Under the pieces are notes generated by a model that saw only the letters and a list, made by a program, of their open reading frames with translations, was not told where the DNA came from and did not search any database. Positions 1-13,210 of a stretch of 64,000 bases of DNA are shown in pieces (the stretch's first letter is position 1; each line of letters starts with the position of its first letter). This stretch comes from Rhodosorus marinus CCMP1338 (Eukaryota; Plantae; Rhodophyta). The translations under genes and the position numbers were made by a program. The DNA lies in NCBI GenBank assembly GCA_029953675.1, contig JAMWBK010000003.1, positions 248,001 to 312,000 of the forward strand, in the 5' to 3' direction.

Positions 1-212
1 AGCAGGAGCCGTTTTCCTTTTTGTCTGCTTGGCGTTGATACTTAATCGTTACTAACTGTTAGATAGGAGTCGCACAGTGGTATTGCAACTTACTCAGAGA
101 TTTATTTTGTTCAAACTGTACAACTGACGTCATCTTCTCGAGCACATCCGAGTGCTGATACAGTATATGCAATGGCTTAAATACGAACACGCCTAAGGTC
201 TTTAACAATCGA

Positions 213-2153
213 TCAGTCCGCTGGAGAAGTCAACGGTCCCGGAGTCTCGATTGCGGCGTCCGAGACATCCTTCTGCTTGCTAAAGAGCGAGGATACCGCT
301 TTCATGAGCCGGGAATAGGCCACAAGCAGCTGGAACGCATAAATACGGATGTGCATGTTTAGAGTTCTTGACCTGACCTGAAGCGTGGACATCCAGTCAC
401 CCGGATCCAAGTTGGAAAGACCCTCCTCCTCTATCACTCGACTTATGGTCTCCGCCGTAATGGTCAACGTGTTCAGTGGGGCCCCTAGGGCACGGTCGAT
501 GCTCCGAAGATTATCGTTTGTCTTCATAACAAGGAGAAGCTCCCTCGGCATGGACGATAGGAGTTCGCTGATCTCTGGAAAGTACTGTTCGACGTACCCC
601 CTCAGCTCCTCACTGTTGTCCGTGCCGTGTTTCATCTCCAGCCTATCAAATGCAAGCTTGCTTTCCACCTCATTATCCACCCCAACGATCTGATTCCATG
701 ATTTCAGCGTCAGCATCGCCGCCAGGAGGCGAAAAGATTCCCCATCCGCCCCAAGTCCGACCGCGCTCGACTGAACCTCTGATTCATTTCTAGTCATCAA
801 ACCATGCCAAAGATGCGCATAATCTATCCTAAATCTGTCTCCGAGTTCTTTGTACAGGCCATGGTCAAGAAGAACCAGCTGTGGCTTGGTCGGCCTCTCA
901 GGGTGTCTCCTGACAAGAATATTCCCCCCGTGAGGGTCACAGTGTAGAAACCCATGCTTGAAGATCTAGTCCATGAGAGCGCGCAACAAAAAACAGTGGG
1001 TTCGTGGTACCGTACGGTTCGTCTCAGATTTCTGGACGGAATGTCTCAGCTAGCGGTTAGAGAGGACAACTTACTTGATCCGCAAAAGTCCTGGAAATGA
1101 TCCTGGAGACGTCCTTTGGGTCCAATCCCATCCCCATGATCTTGTCAACCATCAAAATTTGGGTGCCTTCCTCGAAGCTCATCGTCAGAACACTGGACGT
1201 CGTCCAATCCCAGTGCACATCGGGCGTAACCATCTCAGTTGAATCTCCAAGGTTGCGCCTGCACCGTTCCAAGTTTTCACCTGTACGGGGCACATCCAAC
1301 GTTTGGCTTGTTCTTTGAGAAACCTCCTACTTAACACAACGGAGGGCTCGAAAGTCTGTCAACACCGCTTGTCGTGTCCAAACGGACATTTTCTCACCTT
1401 CAAGAACAAAATCGAGCTCTTTTGGAAGGTTTTCTGCGGTCTCCTCTGCTATCCACCGGAAGTCAAAGTTTGGGAAAAGGTGGTGCGCAAGACTGACCAG
1501 TGACGTTACAGTGAAGATATCAGCCTTCGACGACTCTTGCAGTCCTAAATGCTGAACTTTTACGGCTACTTTCTGATTGCTGTCCTTTCGAACTGCAGAA
1601 TGTACCTGTAGATGCAGCCGGATGTCCGTCTTTAAGATGCGCAGGAAAGGCAGTGGAAAAGGATCATGGACGTTGTTACACGTACTTGAGCCAACGACGC
1701 AACGGCGATTGGTTCTTCAGAGAACGAGCTGAAACAAGAGTCTATGTCTGAGCCAAATTCTCTCCTGAAAACTTCACGAATTTGACTGATTGACCTCGGC
1801 CGACAGGCAGCCAACAAGGAGGAGAGTGTACGGCAGTACTGCGCTGGGATGACATGATCTAGTTGAGCCAGATGCTGGCCAAATTTGATATAAAGACCGC
1901 CATTCTTCTCACAGAGCTCCAACAATCTCCTTGCACCTCGTTCGTGAGCTAAATTCCGCAATACGTCAGGATCCCCATCCCTATATCGGTTCAGTTTGTA
2001 GTCCGCTGCAACCTGAGAGGCAACCGCGACACTCCGAGACAATCTAACAAACCCAGAAATACCGTTTCCATCGTTCCTGATGAGGTCATTCGATCCGAAA
2101 AGTCCACCAGTCATTACCAGAGATCCGACTAGTCTCCATCTCACGCGTTTCAT
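213..2153 (-). CDS. ABC1/aarF-domain atypical kinase (ADCK1-like), multi-exon
   Basis: ABC1-family motifs in successive exons: 'GGLYIKFGQHL', 'F..EPIAVASLAQV', 'DVHWDWTTSSVLTMSFEEG', and 'GFLHCDPHGGN' read on the minus strand near 900-960. C-terminus 'ELLLVMKTNDNLRS'. Probable ATG at 2153 (MKRVRW). Confidence 0.9.
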
Positions 2154-2494
2154 CTCTCGAGAAAAGGAAGAATTGTGGTCACCAATCTTCACATTCCTCC
2201 TATGGAAACCTTTGCTTTCGAATCCACGCCATTGTGCCTACTTCCCCTTCAGCATCCATAGACTCTCCCAAATATAGACTTTTCTACAGAAGCTAATGCT
2301 CCAAACCCATTTCTCTGAATTCTCGATGGATGCATTGAATCACCGCAGCTCATTAGTCCCTTAAAATCGTCAGTCGTCAGCTCTAAATATTTCACACTCA
2401 GCCACAGCTCTCCAACCTTCACCTCCTCACCCGTCGTCAATCGAACCATCTCCTTCCACATCACCGTCAGCTCCAACGTAGGCTTGTCATCTCC

Positions 2495-2668
2495 GTCCGA
2501 TAACCATATCGGACCGTCTGATAACCGTTTATCGGACCTGTATTTAGTAATAATAGAGCATATTTTCTGTGGATCCCATCCGATATGAGTTTATCGGACC
2601 TGAATAAAAACGAAAAACAAAGCTTTTGTCTGATAAATAGTCCGATAACGACCGATTGCGTCCGATAT
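2495..2668. repeat. Array of about 9 GTCYGATAW / TATCGGAC motifs arranged as short inverted pairs
   Basis: Copies at about 2495, 2507(rc), 2516, 2529(rc), 2578, 2591(rc), 2628, 2640 and 2660. Two more lie at 3470 and 3577. CGTTTATCGGACCTG is identical at 2526-2540 and 3467-3481. Confidence 0.85.
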
Positions 2669-4267
2669 TTTTCAATGCATCTTTTTCGGTGCGTTGGGAC
2701 TTTTGTGTGTTTGGCAAATCACTCGCACAGAGCAGCAGGTTGTTGACCTACTAAGAGTATCCTGTTTTAAGTCCGAGGAGCCATCGCGTAAGGAACAGTA
2801 CAAGGGGTAGGAAGAGGGGAGAAGGCTGTTGCCGACTATATTGTGAGGAGGATGTGAAAGTATGAACTAGTGCCAGGGAGCTGGAACCGGGGGATTAAGT
2901 CCTTCGTATTATCCAAGGGTTTCAGTGCCTGCCGAATCCGGCTGGGCTGACCGCCTCTTCTTTGATCCTCGCATGTTCAGGATATCCTTTTGGTTCCGGC
3001 GCTGTGTGGGTGAAGGAACTCTTCTTGTACCAGCGCAAGGGGCTACTGAAAGCTGCTGAGGAGCTCAGGGGTTGTTATCCGGCGCTGCAGTGCTGCTCCT
3101 CTGTATGCAAATCAGCCCCTCCCCCATATCCTTGGTTCCGATCTTCTGGTTTCTCAAAGTTTGCTGTCTCGACAAAGGTTTGATTTTTTTTCATCAGTAC
3201 GCGAGGAATAATTGTTACCTTTTTCGGTGGCACGACAAAGGCGGCTTTCGCTGGTTCAACCGAATGTAAAGACAGCCTGTCGAGTTCAGAAGTAATCATA
3301 ATTCATTACATGATAGTGCCCGCTTCTCATGTTTAAAAATAATCATAATTCATGATGCACGAGTGAGACCTTGGCATACCAAGAAGTAATCATGATTCAA
3401 TGATTGGCCCGGAGATGATTGATTATTCGCGTAACGTTGATTGAATATTTGACGATTTATCGTCGCCGTTTATCGGACCTGGCAATCTGACCGGTTTTTT
3501 TCAAAGAGTTTCAATCAGACGCAAACCCTGCCAGTGATTTTACGCTGATTCTCAATAGTCCCATCCACTTCAAAATTTATCGGACAGTCAGTGTGTGACT
3601 GACTGTCCATCACAGCACTTCTCAACGGCTTTTGTTCGTTTCCTCCATTCATTAGAAAGAAAAACAAAACTGGCTAATTTCTTCTTCAATACATATATTG
3701 GAAAACTACCAATAGAATTTTTTCCTGAACTTTCCTAACCAATCAAGAACCCAGAATTCATAAATTTAATTATGGTAATTTCTGACGTTTCTTTCTTGGT
3801 TGAATGAATGGAACGACTCCTGATAGCGGGAAGTCCCCAACGACCATCCTCCTCGAGGCTCCCGTCGTTTACGAGTCTCGTTTGCGGTCGTTCATTCTTG
3901 GGACCAGCTAGCCCTTCGAATAAAGTTCACAGTTAAATACTTGGTCGGCCACCTACCTATTCTCTTAATAGAACAGATGTGATCACTTGGATTCCCTCCA
4001 CAGTGGTTCTCAAGCCGAGCGGAGGATATCAGATTCCATCCGAGGTTTTCGCGATTAGGTTGGGTGGGCGGAGATTATCTGCTCGAGTTAGTGGGAAGGC
4101 GGTTGAGGTTCCATCAGTTGCTCAAAGGAGACATAGAGCTAAGGAGACTGGGGGCAGGGACAGGAACGGTGGGGAAGGGAGGGGGAAGGGTTTTGTGGAG
4201 CTGGGGGGTGGTCTCTTGTCTACTTTGTTCCTTGGATTTGTTGGATTTGTCACGGTTTGGTTGAGCT

Positions 4268-5445
4268 ATGGGTAGCACAGATGAGAGAGCTTCGTTGCTG
4301 GAGCAAGGGAATAACATGGAATCTGCTGTGGCGCCGGTGCGCGGGGAGATGCATGCTAGTGTTGCTGGGGTTGTGCAGGATATTATCCTAGGCGCTGCTG
4401 ATGGTTTAACTGTACCGTTTGCCCTTGCAGCTGGTCTGACTAGTGCCTTCTCGGATTCGAAATATATCATCGTTGCTGTGCTCTCGGAGCTCGCCGCAGG
4501 AGCAATCAGGTAAGCCTTGCGCTACAGGGTGCTCGGAAATTCAGAAGATTAGTCGCGAGATCTCTAAGGACGTGCCGATTTACTATCATCTCTGTTAGCA
4601 TGGGCCTCGGGGGTTACCTCAGCGGGAAGACTGAACTAGACCACTACAAGATCGAGAAAAAAAGGGAGGAATACGAGGTCAAACACCAAGAAGATGACGA
4701 AGTTGAAGAAACCTTGGAGATCTTCCGTGAATATGGCCTATCCGATGAGCAAATTGCACCTATATGCGAACATTTCAAGAAGAATCACGTAAGATTTTGC
4801 CCAATACAAATCGCGGACGCACTCTCCCCCCCCAATTACGAATCGTGCATGCACTCTCCTTTGTAATTGAGATGCTAAGCGAAGTCCCTGGTCCCGCCGA
4901 CGCACCTTGTTTCTTCCGTACAGGTTGCTTGGGTTGACTTTATGATGAAATTCGAGCTACAACTAGACAAACCAGATGAGATGCAGCCAATTTATAGCGC
5001 TCTAGTAATCGGCGGAGCTTATCTCCTGGCTGGAATGATACCTCTCCTCCCAGTAAGCTCGTCCACACCTGGTCCCTTTTGAAGGAATATCAAGAATTAA
5101 CTGTCCCGGCGAAAAGAAACTAAGAAGATTCTGTTCTTACAGTACTTGATCATAGGGGACGCTCGACTAGCGCTGAAGTACAGTATCGTCTTCACGCTCA
5201 TTGCTCTCTTCGTCTTTGGAATCCTGAAGGTAGGTCAAGCAGACCCATGCTCTGAACGTCTCTTATCCAACCATCGAAACCCATGCCATCTCTTACAATG
5301 CTTCCCATTGCTCCAACGCTTCCGACAAAACCAGAGCAAAGTATTGAGGCAACCGAACGCGTTGAAGGCGGCAATTGAGACCATGATCACTGGAGGTGTA
5401 GCCGCTGCAGCTGCTTTCTTTATCGCAAGATTGATTCCGACATAA
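4268..5445 (+). CDS. VIT1: Vacuolar iron transporter, VIT1/CCC1 family, about 5 exons
   Basis: 'DIILGAADGLTVPFALAAGL', 'ELAAGAI(S)MGLGGYLS', 'WVDFMMKFEL', 'LFVFGILK' and 'ETMITGGVAAAAAFFIA' are hallmark VIT1 segments joined by GT-AG introns. Confidence 0.96.
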
Positions 5446-5719
5446 AGCGCGGAGAGGGCGACAAAAACTGTTGCGCAATCCGCCAAGCAAGCGTGTTGAT
5501 ACTCTGAAACCCGAAACAATGAACCATATGAGTTTTAAATATTCATGTATGTTTGGACAGATATGGATTCTCACCTCAGCTTTGCTCATCCTTCCATGAA
5601 TGCATATCAATTAGAGTTGCCAACTTCAAGCCGGGGTGCTAGTCGCATGCCCATGTCCAAACAAAATCAGTGAGCCCTTGAGAACCGAGCATCAGCGATA
5701 TTCAAGGAGTAGCCTTAAC

Positions 5720-6560
5720 TGCAGACATACCTGAATAGTCCGAACGAGCTCCTGGGAAGAGCCACCGAGGAGCTGTACAGCAGACCTTTGATTTTGGAGC
5801 AGCACACTCAACATCTCGACTCTAGATTCGAATTCGTTGGGCCCAGTCTTACGAAAGCGTTTAAGAAAGTCGAGACGATTAGAGGCAGTAGGCATTGATG
5901 GAGCGCGATGAGTGGCATTCCTTACTGCTAGTCTGAACATCTCAGCACCGCTTACTATCGTTCGGTCGAGTTTTCCTGCTACCAAATATGACCCTTGCGG
6001 ATGTAGAATAAATAGATACGTCTTTGATCAGGAAAAACAGCATCACACATGCGCGCAAGTTGCTTTCGTAGAGCAGCTTTACTCTGAAGAGTTTTCTTTG
6101 CTTTCTTTAGCACTTCAGAAATCGCGTCGAACTCGTTGGAGACAATCAGTGCGGATTCACTAACTTCGAAAATCGGTATAAGATCTTCCAGTCTATTAAA
6201 AGGACGATTAAGCCGATTTTCAACCCCTCCGATAGGTACCTTTCCTTACAACAAGGCAATTCGACTTACCCTTGGGAACTGGCCACCTCCTTACCAACCC
6301 ATGGAGCAATATAAGCGACGTCCACATTCTCGCTATACGATTCCAATTTTCTCCTGTTTTTGATTTCGATTGAAGCAACCTGTCACTCAGGATTTTATCG
6401 AGCATCAAGCTCTAGCTGACTCTAAAAACGGTGCAATAGTCCGAGGTTTACCTTACGTCCGCCCAGTACCCTTCACCAAACATTTGCAGAACAGCCGCAT
6501 AGCGATTCTGGATGAGAAATTGTGAAATCTCGTACACACGCACGGCCTTTTGAATAGCTA
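5720..6560 (-). CDS. Hypothetical multi-exon protein, family not recognised
   Basis: Spliceable open frames 'VASIEIKNRRKLESYSENVDVAYIAPWVGKEVASSQG / LEDLIPIFEVSESALIV / SYLVAGKLDRT...ELVRTIQ' with canonical GTAAGT and GTATGT donors. Ends are uncertain. Confidence 0.5.
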
Positions 6561-7171
6561 ATATTTGCCGTGCATCCGCACGAGACTGCATCTTGCCTCA
6601 AGCTCGGCGATCCTCGTCAACCAACACACACCCACCAACAAGGCGATCCAGACACAAGCATCCGCGATCTACCTCAAAAACCGAAACCGAAATATCCAAC
6701 CGTTCCAGATCTTTTAGAGACCTAATCCTTTCCTACTACTGCTCCTAATGCTCAAAAGCAAAACGATTGGTACCATCATCCTAGGAAGACGAAACCAAAT
6801 CTCAGGCGAAGCACAACCACAACCCCTACCCCTGCCACTAGCTCATCTCATACCCCAACGACAAAGTAGGCTTTCTAAGTGCTCCAGAAGCCTGAGTTCC
6901 AAAGCTCCAAAATCAACAAAGAAATCTAATTTCACCATTAAACAATTAGAACGCCTGTTTAATTGGTAATTACTAGTCAGTATCTACCAATTATTTCCTG
7001 ATATGAGATTGATCTCTATTTTAATAGGAGTATTGGTGCTGTAAGCAATATAAGTGAAGATAATTCGTTGATTAAGAGCGTTTTGTCCAGTTATTTTATA
7101 TGATCTACTGTTACATATAATAGAATACTTGGTTGGTTAATAGGCATGTAAACATTCGGTGATTGGATTAG

Positions 7172-10100
7172 TTAGTTTTCTGAAATGATTAGTCGGCGGA
7201 CGTTGGTGAGGACCGGGTGGTCCGTGAGGTTCATGTTGGGGTCGGCGAACTTCTGCCAGAGGAGGTCGTCCAGCTGCTTTCGAAGGGTTCGTACAAGAAC
7301 GCCAACTTTCGCCGGAGCCCTGAACTGGATCCAATCGTCTACGGTAATGATTCCTCGGTCGTGATGTATCCTGATGTCACCACCGAATAACAAGAGAGCA
7401 AAGGGGGATACCATCGTCGAATCTCGCAGAAAATCTTTCCCTTCTTTCCCGGGCCCTCCACGTCGAATCTTCTCATTGTAAACAAGCCAACCTGTCTCCA
7501 GCACATTCTCCTCAAAATTCACGCTCCCCTTGTCCAGGAATACTCTCTGCCCGTCTCGGAGCCTCAGCTTCAGTTCCCTGGGCAGCCTCCTTGAATTATC
7601 AACTACCTTGCCTCCAGCAACCTCGCGATAGACCTGTTCGGGTGAATCTACTCGAACTACATGTGGGTAGAGCGCTGCACACACTACCGCTTTCACGATT
7701 TGGGTCACCGAGGAACTATCGTTGCTCCGCGTAGAGAAGCCGGCATCGGAAAGCGCTTGTTCAAACTGCTTGACGCCCTCCGAAATTGTGTTCATCGTGC
7801 GCCTGGACACGGAATTTGCCTCGCAGAAGGCTTTCGCGTTCTTTGCAGACCTGAACGCTTCGTGCACCTTGCTATATGCTAGCAGATCAGATTTGCCCCA
7901 ATTGAAGGCCCGCTTGCGGCTGGGGTCTGAGAACGGCTGACGAACTAGCCCAGCAGATACGATAGCCAGGCATGGGTCAACACACCCAAGCAGGGACGAG
8001 TAAATCAGAAGCTTTCCAAGCCGTACATCCATGGGAAGAACTGCCAGGTGGGCCCCAAGTGCGGTTAGCTCCCGGCCCTTTGGACTGGAGCGAGAAATGG
8101 AGCCGAGGTCGGTGAGGTTGCGCAGCGACGACTCCACGGCATCAGGACTTGGCGGATCGACCGCTAACGCAAGAACCTCTCCAGGATCCCGATTAAGGGC
8201 AGACATTACAGTCAAGCAGCACCGATCGAGGGAAGTCCTTAGTAACTCTGGAACATCCATGTTCCGCAGGCCCTCGAAAGTAGCTTTCTTGACTAGCCGA
8301 AAACAAATGCCAGGCCTTACCCTACCGGCTCGACCGGCGCGCTGCTTCGCGCTAGCCTTTGAAATAAACTGTTCATCGAGTGTGAACGATTGGCTCAACT
8401 CGTCGAACCCGGAAATTTTCGCTCGAATGGAGTCGACCACATAAACAACGTCCTCCACTGTTACCGACGTCTCAGCGACGTTCGTTGAGCAAACTACCTT
8501 TCGTAGCCCGCGAGGTGGTCTCGAAAAAGCTTTTTGGGAGTCTGCAGGGCTTAGCAATGCGTGCAGTGGAACCGGCCACAAGCAGTTCGAGTCGGAGAGT
8601 CTTGATACTAGGGCCATGATATCTGCGATTCCTGGCAGGAAGACCAGGATAGATCCATCCTTTTCCTCCGCTTGTTTGTCAATGGCAAAAACGAGCCTCT
8701 TGATCAAGTCAAGGTTCACAAAGCCCTCGTCAATGATGTTCAGAGTTCTCTGGAATGGATCTTCGCTAACCACTTCGTCGTTGTTCTTCCTTACGCCTCT
8801 TTTCGTCCCAACATCTCCATCTCGCAGCTTGAACTCAGCTGTTCGTAATGCTTCCTCGAGGTAAAACTCAGTGACGGGGAACGTTCTCCCCGAAATAGAG
8901 ATTATCGGTATACTACGATTCAGCTTCTCCTTGAAGTACGATGCAAACCTCTCCGCGTCCAAGGTTGCCGACATCAGCACCACTTTAAGGTCTTTTCTCG
9001 AAGCAAGCACCTCGCGCAAAAGGAGCAGAAGAATATCCGTCTCAATAGACCTCTCATGAACCTCATCCACAACAACATGTGTTATATCTCGAATTCCTGG
9101 ATCACCCTGAAGTCGCCTAAGCAAAATCCCCTACAAGGTCCCACAACCAGCGGAAGCAATAGAAAGGCACGTTTAACATGATGTCCGCGAGATCAATGGC
9201 CTTGCTCAGTTTTGAAGACAAACCGTTGTACAAAACGCAAGGCGCGTGTTGGGGCCTATCTTCGAGTCCAGACGCACTTGGTAGCCAACGTCTTGTCCCA
9301 CTTTTTGGTTTCTAAACGGATTACAACCAGGCAAAAACAACAAGAACACGAAGGGAATTCGCTTTCTCAGTGAGCGCCCAAAGTTCGGAAGCAGCTTGTC
9401 GGTAGACTTTCTGGCCTGCGTACCTCTCCAGCGCGACTCTCTCAGCGACTGAAGCGGCCGCAAGCCTCCTCGGCTGTGTCACCATGATAAACACGTTCGG
9501 ATCATCTACCTCATAGCTGTCTAAAATAAACTATATATGTGTGAACATGAACATCTGAAGCTCAATAATTCTGTCCATCCTCAGAACTTACAAACCCATG
9601 AAAGTGTTGCCCTACTCACCTGGGGAACCTGCGTAGTCTTTCCCGAGCCTGTGGCACCACTAACGACCAATACTTGGTTTTCGGACAGGTCTTCAATGAC
9701 AGACGTCTGATGTTTCCAAGCAGGCAAGGATCTCCTCTTCGCCATAATTTCCGCTGACGGGTTGGAAGCGAATGTCTGCCTCTTGCGAGTTACTCGCTTT
9801 TGCGTAGCACGGGTTCTTTGGGAAGCCTTGCGTCCATCGTGTGCAGGAGATTGGATTCCGACTTTTCCAACCGCGGAAGCGATTTCGTCATCAGCCCGCT
9901 TGCTCACAAGGTGCCGTCGCCGAGCAATCAAACCTGCATCGTCGACGATTTTTTCGAGGTCGCTATGATGCAGGTATGAAATCAGGTTCATCAAAATCGG
10001 CTCCGGATGAGATAATTCCAGTTCGGCCCACGCTGCGCGGGAACGCTCCGCCTCCGACACCAAGCCTCGCATCAACGCCCGACGAGTTGCGGCAGACGTG

Positions 10101-11299
10101 TTCTCTCCGCTCACGTCGACAACAGGCAAAGCATAAGGATACGAACCGAGCACGTCACGGAAGCAAATTCGGACCTTGCCCGATACCGCAGGCAGGTCTC
10201 TCAGACCATCGATACAAACGAAAAAGAGTCCATCATCATCAGTACCAAAGGAAATTTGGTCATCGTAAATCGCTTTTAGAGCCTCTGCTTCTTCTTGCCG
10301 GAGATTTGCCAGTTGTCCTTCAGAGACAACGGACGGGCTCTCATAATCCTCGAACGGTCCAACGACCGACTTAAATAATGATATGACCGCCGCTGGAAGG
10401 TCGCTTCCATTGTCCCTCAAAGCTCGCTCAGCCGCGAGCTTGCTCGAAGCGTACCGCTTGCTCAGCTCGCGCGCTCGCCCTGCATCCACATAGATTCCAT
10501 CCCGAACCACTTCAAGGTCGGCGTGCGGCTTGTACGCTTTCGGAAGCTCTGCCTCATCGAGGTTCATGCACAGCCAGTCGAGTGCTGCGTCATAGTTGCA
10601 ACCAGGTACCCTAGCTGCGGCCACCTCCACGTCCGTTCTCGCAAAGCCCAAAAACGTCAATCTTCGAACCGTATTCTCAAAAGCCCTGCTTGAAATCTCT
10701 TCGTCCGGCTCGACGTGGTGCTGAGATGCCCCCAACTGCAGCGCAGCATCTTCGATAGCAAGCCTCGATTTCTCGGAGAGCCTGACCTCAGCAAGCTTCG
10801 TATTCTGTTTTTCACGTGCCACTTTCTTCTTGTCTATTTCCTTCTTTCGTGTATCCCTCTCCTCGGCAGCCTTCTCAGCCTTCGCAAAAGTGGACCCCAG
10901 TTCAGCCCAAGTGGTTCTGTACTCCGGTGCCATCAAACGATGCAGTGGTTTCCCTCGCTCAAGTTTCGCCAGCACCGTAAGCGCTGCCAGCTCTTCATCA
11001 GCTCCCTCACCGAAAACTGGTTCCCATTCTCCTTTCGCGCCCTTTGGCTCTCCCCGTTTCCCCCGGGGAATCAAGCACTTCACCTTTCCATCGGGCAGAT
11101 TCCTATAAACCGGCCTCAACCTCTTATCCCGTTGACAGCACTCCGAAAGAAGACCTTTGGGCGTCTTCCCAAGCCAACCTCCACCTCCAGTTTCTTTTCT
11201 CTTGTCCTCATCTCCACCTCGCACAACACCACCTCTAAGTGCGGAGGCAGAAGAAACTACAGCTCCTCCTGCGCCAGTTCGACCCCTTCTCTTACCCAT
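7172..11299 (-). CDS. DExH-box RNA helicase, DHX57/DHX29/YLR419W-like (UBA + RWD + helicase core + HA2 + OB)
   Basis: 'GATGSGKTTQVPQ', 'DEVHER', 'MSAT', 'STNVAETSVT', 'QRAGRAGR'. UBA-like 'DAALDWLCMNLDEAELP' and RWD-like 'EEAEALKAIY'. Confidence 0.93.
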
Positions 11300-12074
11300 C
11301 GTACACCCAACTCCAGCTTACGCAAGATCCCCACACAGAACCTTGAAACACTCTACCCAACAGGCTCTAGAAAACGAAGACAAGCTACTAGACGAAGGAA
11401 AAACTAAGACTCTAGCCTTCTCGGAAAGAAACTGGTGGTCTACTCTTACAGCCCCTCACAGCTCTCATCGCCAACCCCCCAACCCAACCTCATTCCGTCT
11501 TCTTCAATGTCTTGTCGTCGACAGGGAGTGCATTCAGCGCCCATCAATAAGAACACGGATTGTTGATGATCGGACAGCAGTTAAAAGTTAACATTTATCA
11601 CAACTAGGAACGTAAACGATATGTCACTGCTAGAGTCTGCTCACGTACAGACACTGTTTTACACTGCCTCCCCCAATGAAGCATAGACTTGTGCGTTCTC
11701 GTACAATCTAACCGAATGAACCGCCGTGCCCTGGCGATTACTACTCTGGGGAGTTCTGGTGACTGGATATGGTTAAAAGTCAGAAACAGCTGAGACTTAT
11801 ACGAGCTTTCCCAGTCGAGAGATGATCAAGGCAAACAACTCACCCCAGAATGATGCCAGCTGCTGCTGCTCGTTGCTACCCCCACTCCCAAGTACGTTCC
11901 GAGGAGCATAAAGAAGCATAGAGGAGTAGATGACTTGATGGTGTGGGTGGAGTCGAAGGCGGATGGTCAGTTTTTCAGCAAACGAATGTGACTGTTAAAA
12001 GGTGATGATACGAGGGGATTCTATATGAATGGAGGGTCTTAGGAGGCTAAAAGTGGTATGAGTTTAGAAGAAAG

Positions 12075-13210
12075 ATGTTGGATGGATATGTCTGGGCTAG
12101 TGGAGCTGATATACTTCGATCAGCTCAGAAGGACCGTGAATACGTGAGTGAGCTACGGAAGCAAATTGAGGAGGCTCTCAAGGCATCTCTGCCTCCGAGG
12201 ATGTGGAGTGATACGGCTTCTGTGATGCTGGAAATGGCGTCTTCGATGTACTATTATTTGGTTACTAGCATAGCCGGGAAGCAGACCTTGGGTGAGGAAT
12301 ATTGTGATGTGTTCGAGGTTGATAGTGCGTCCAATGGGCGCTATGCACCGCCGCTGTTGTCCACTGCATCGCTGATGATTTTTCACGCTGTAGGGAAACT
12401 GGCTGTTAAAACAGCGTTAAAGGCGCTCCCCAGATCTTACGGATTGTCCGTCAGAGATGACGCCCTGAACGCTTTGGTAAGCTCGAGCTGATCGATTCAC
12501 AAAAAGAGTATGGTTTGTTCTCAAAAGTCGGCTTATCGTCATTTAAATCGCTTGTGCAGATATCTTGGATACAGAGAGCGCATCTAGCCCTGTTCTATTT
12601 GACGGGGAAATACTACGAACTGCCGAAAAGATTGGCCGGTATTCGATACCTGAGAATCGCGGCTGTCAGAAGGCTCGTACCTAGGTACCAACTCCTCGGT
12701 GTACTCCTTTCCGTTCAAGTTGTGTTGTCGGCTATGCTTCAGGTCTGGAGCATGATCCCAGGAAGTGACCATCGACGCAATTCGAAGAGCTCCCAAAAGC
12801 CTATTCTTGAGAGAGTGCCATCCGCAGAGGTGATGCTCGCGCGAAAAGACATGGCCTTGCAGTGCGCTTGAATCCTCTGAAAGTTTTCCCCATTGAACGT
12901 TGGACATCTAAAATTGTAGGATGAAGCAACGGACTCAGTGGAACAAGTTGACCCAGACGTTGAAGACGAGAAGACCTGCTCTCTGTGCTTGTCACCTTTG
13001 AAGGATCCTGCCTTAACAGAGTGTGGACATGTTTTCTGTTGGGACTGTATATCTGAATGGTGTTCTACTCAGGTATGGACACGCGCTTGAGTTTGAATAC
13101 TTGGCCTGTACCCTCACCAATTCTTTCGGTTACTCCCCATCTAGGACATCTGTCCACTCTGTAGGCAAAATATTCATTTGCATAGTCTGCTGTGCCTATA
13201 TAATTACTGA
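12075..13210 (+). CDS. PEX10: Peroxisome biogenesis factor 10 (RING peroxin)
   Basis: 'ADILRSAQKD', 'GKQTLGEEYCD', 'RAHLALFYLTGKYYELPKRLAGIRY', and a C3HC4 RING 'CSLCL...TECGHVFCWDCISEWC / DICPLCRQ' whose last exon is read at 13146-13210. Confidence 0.95.

Noticed and set aside
10715-11407. 230-aa plus-strand ORF (also 8031-8444 and 9841-10374)
   Set aside because: Antisense shadows of the DHX helicase coding exons with no family motifs.
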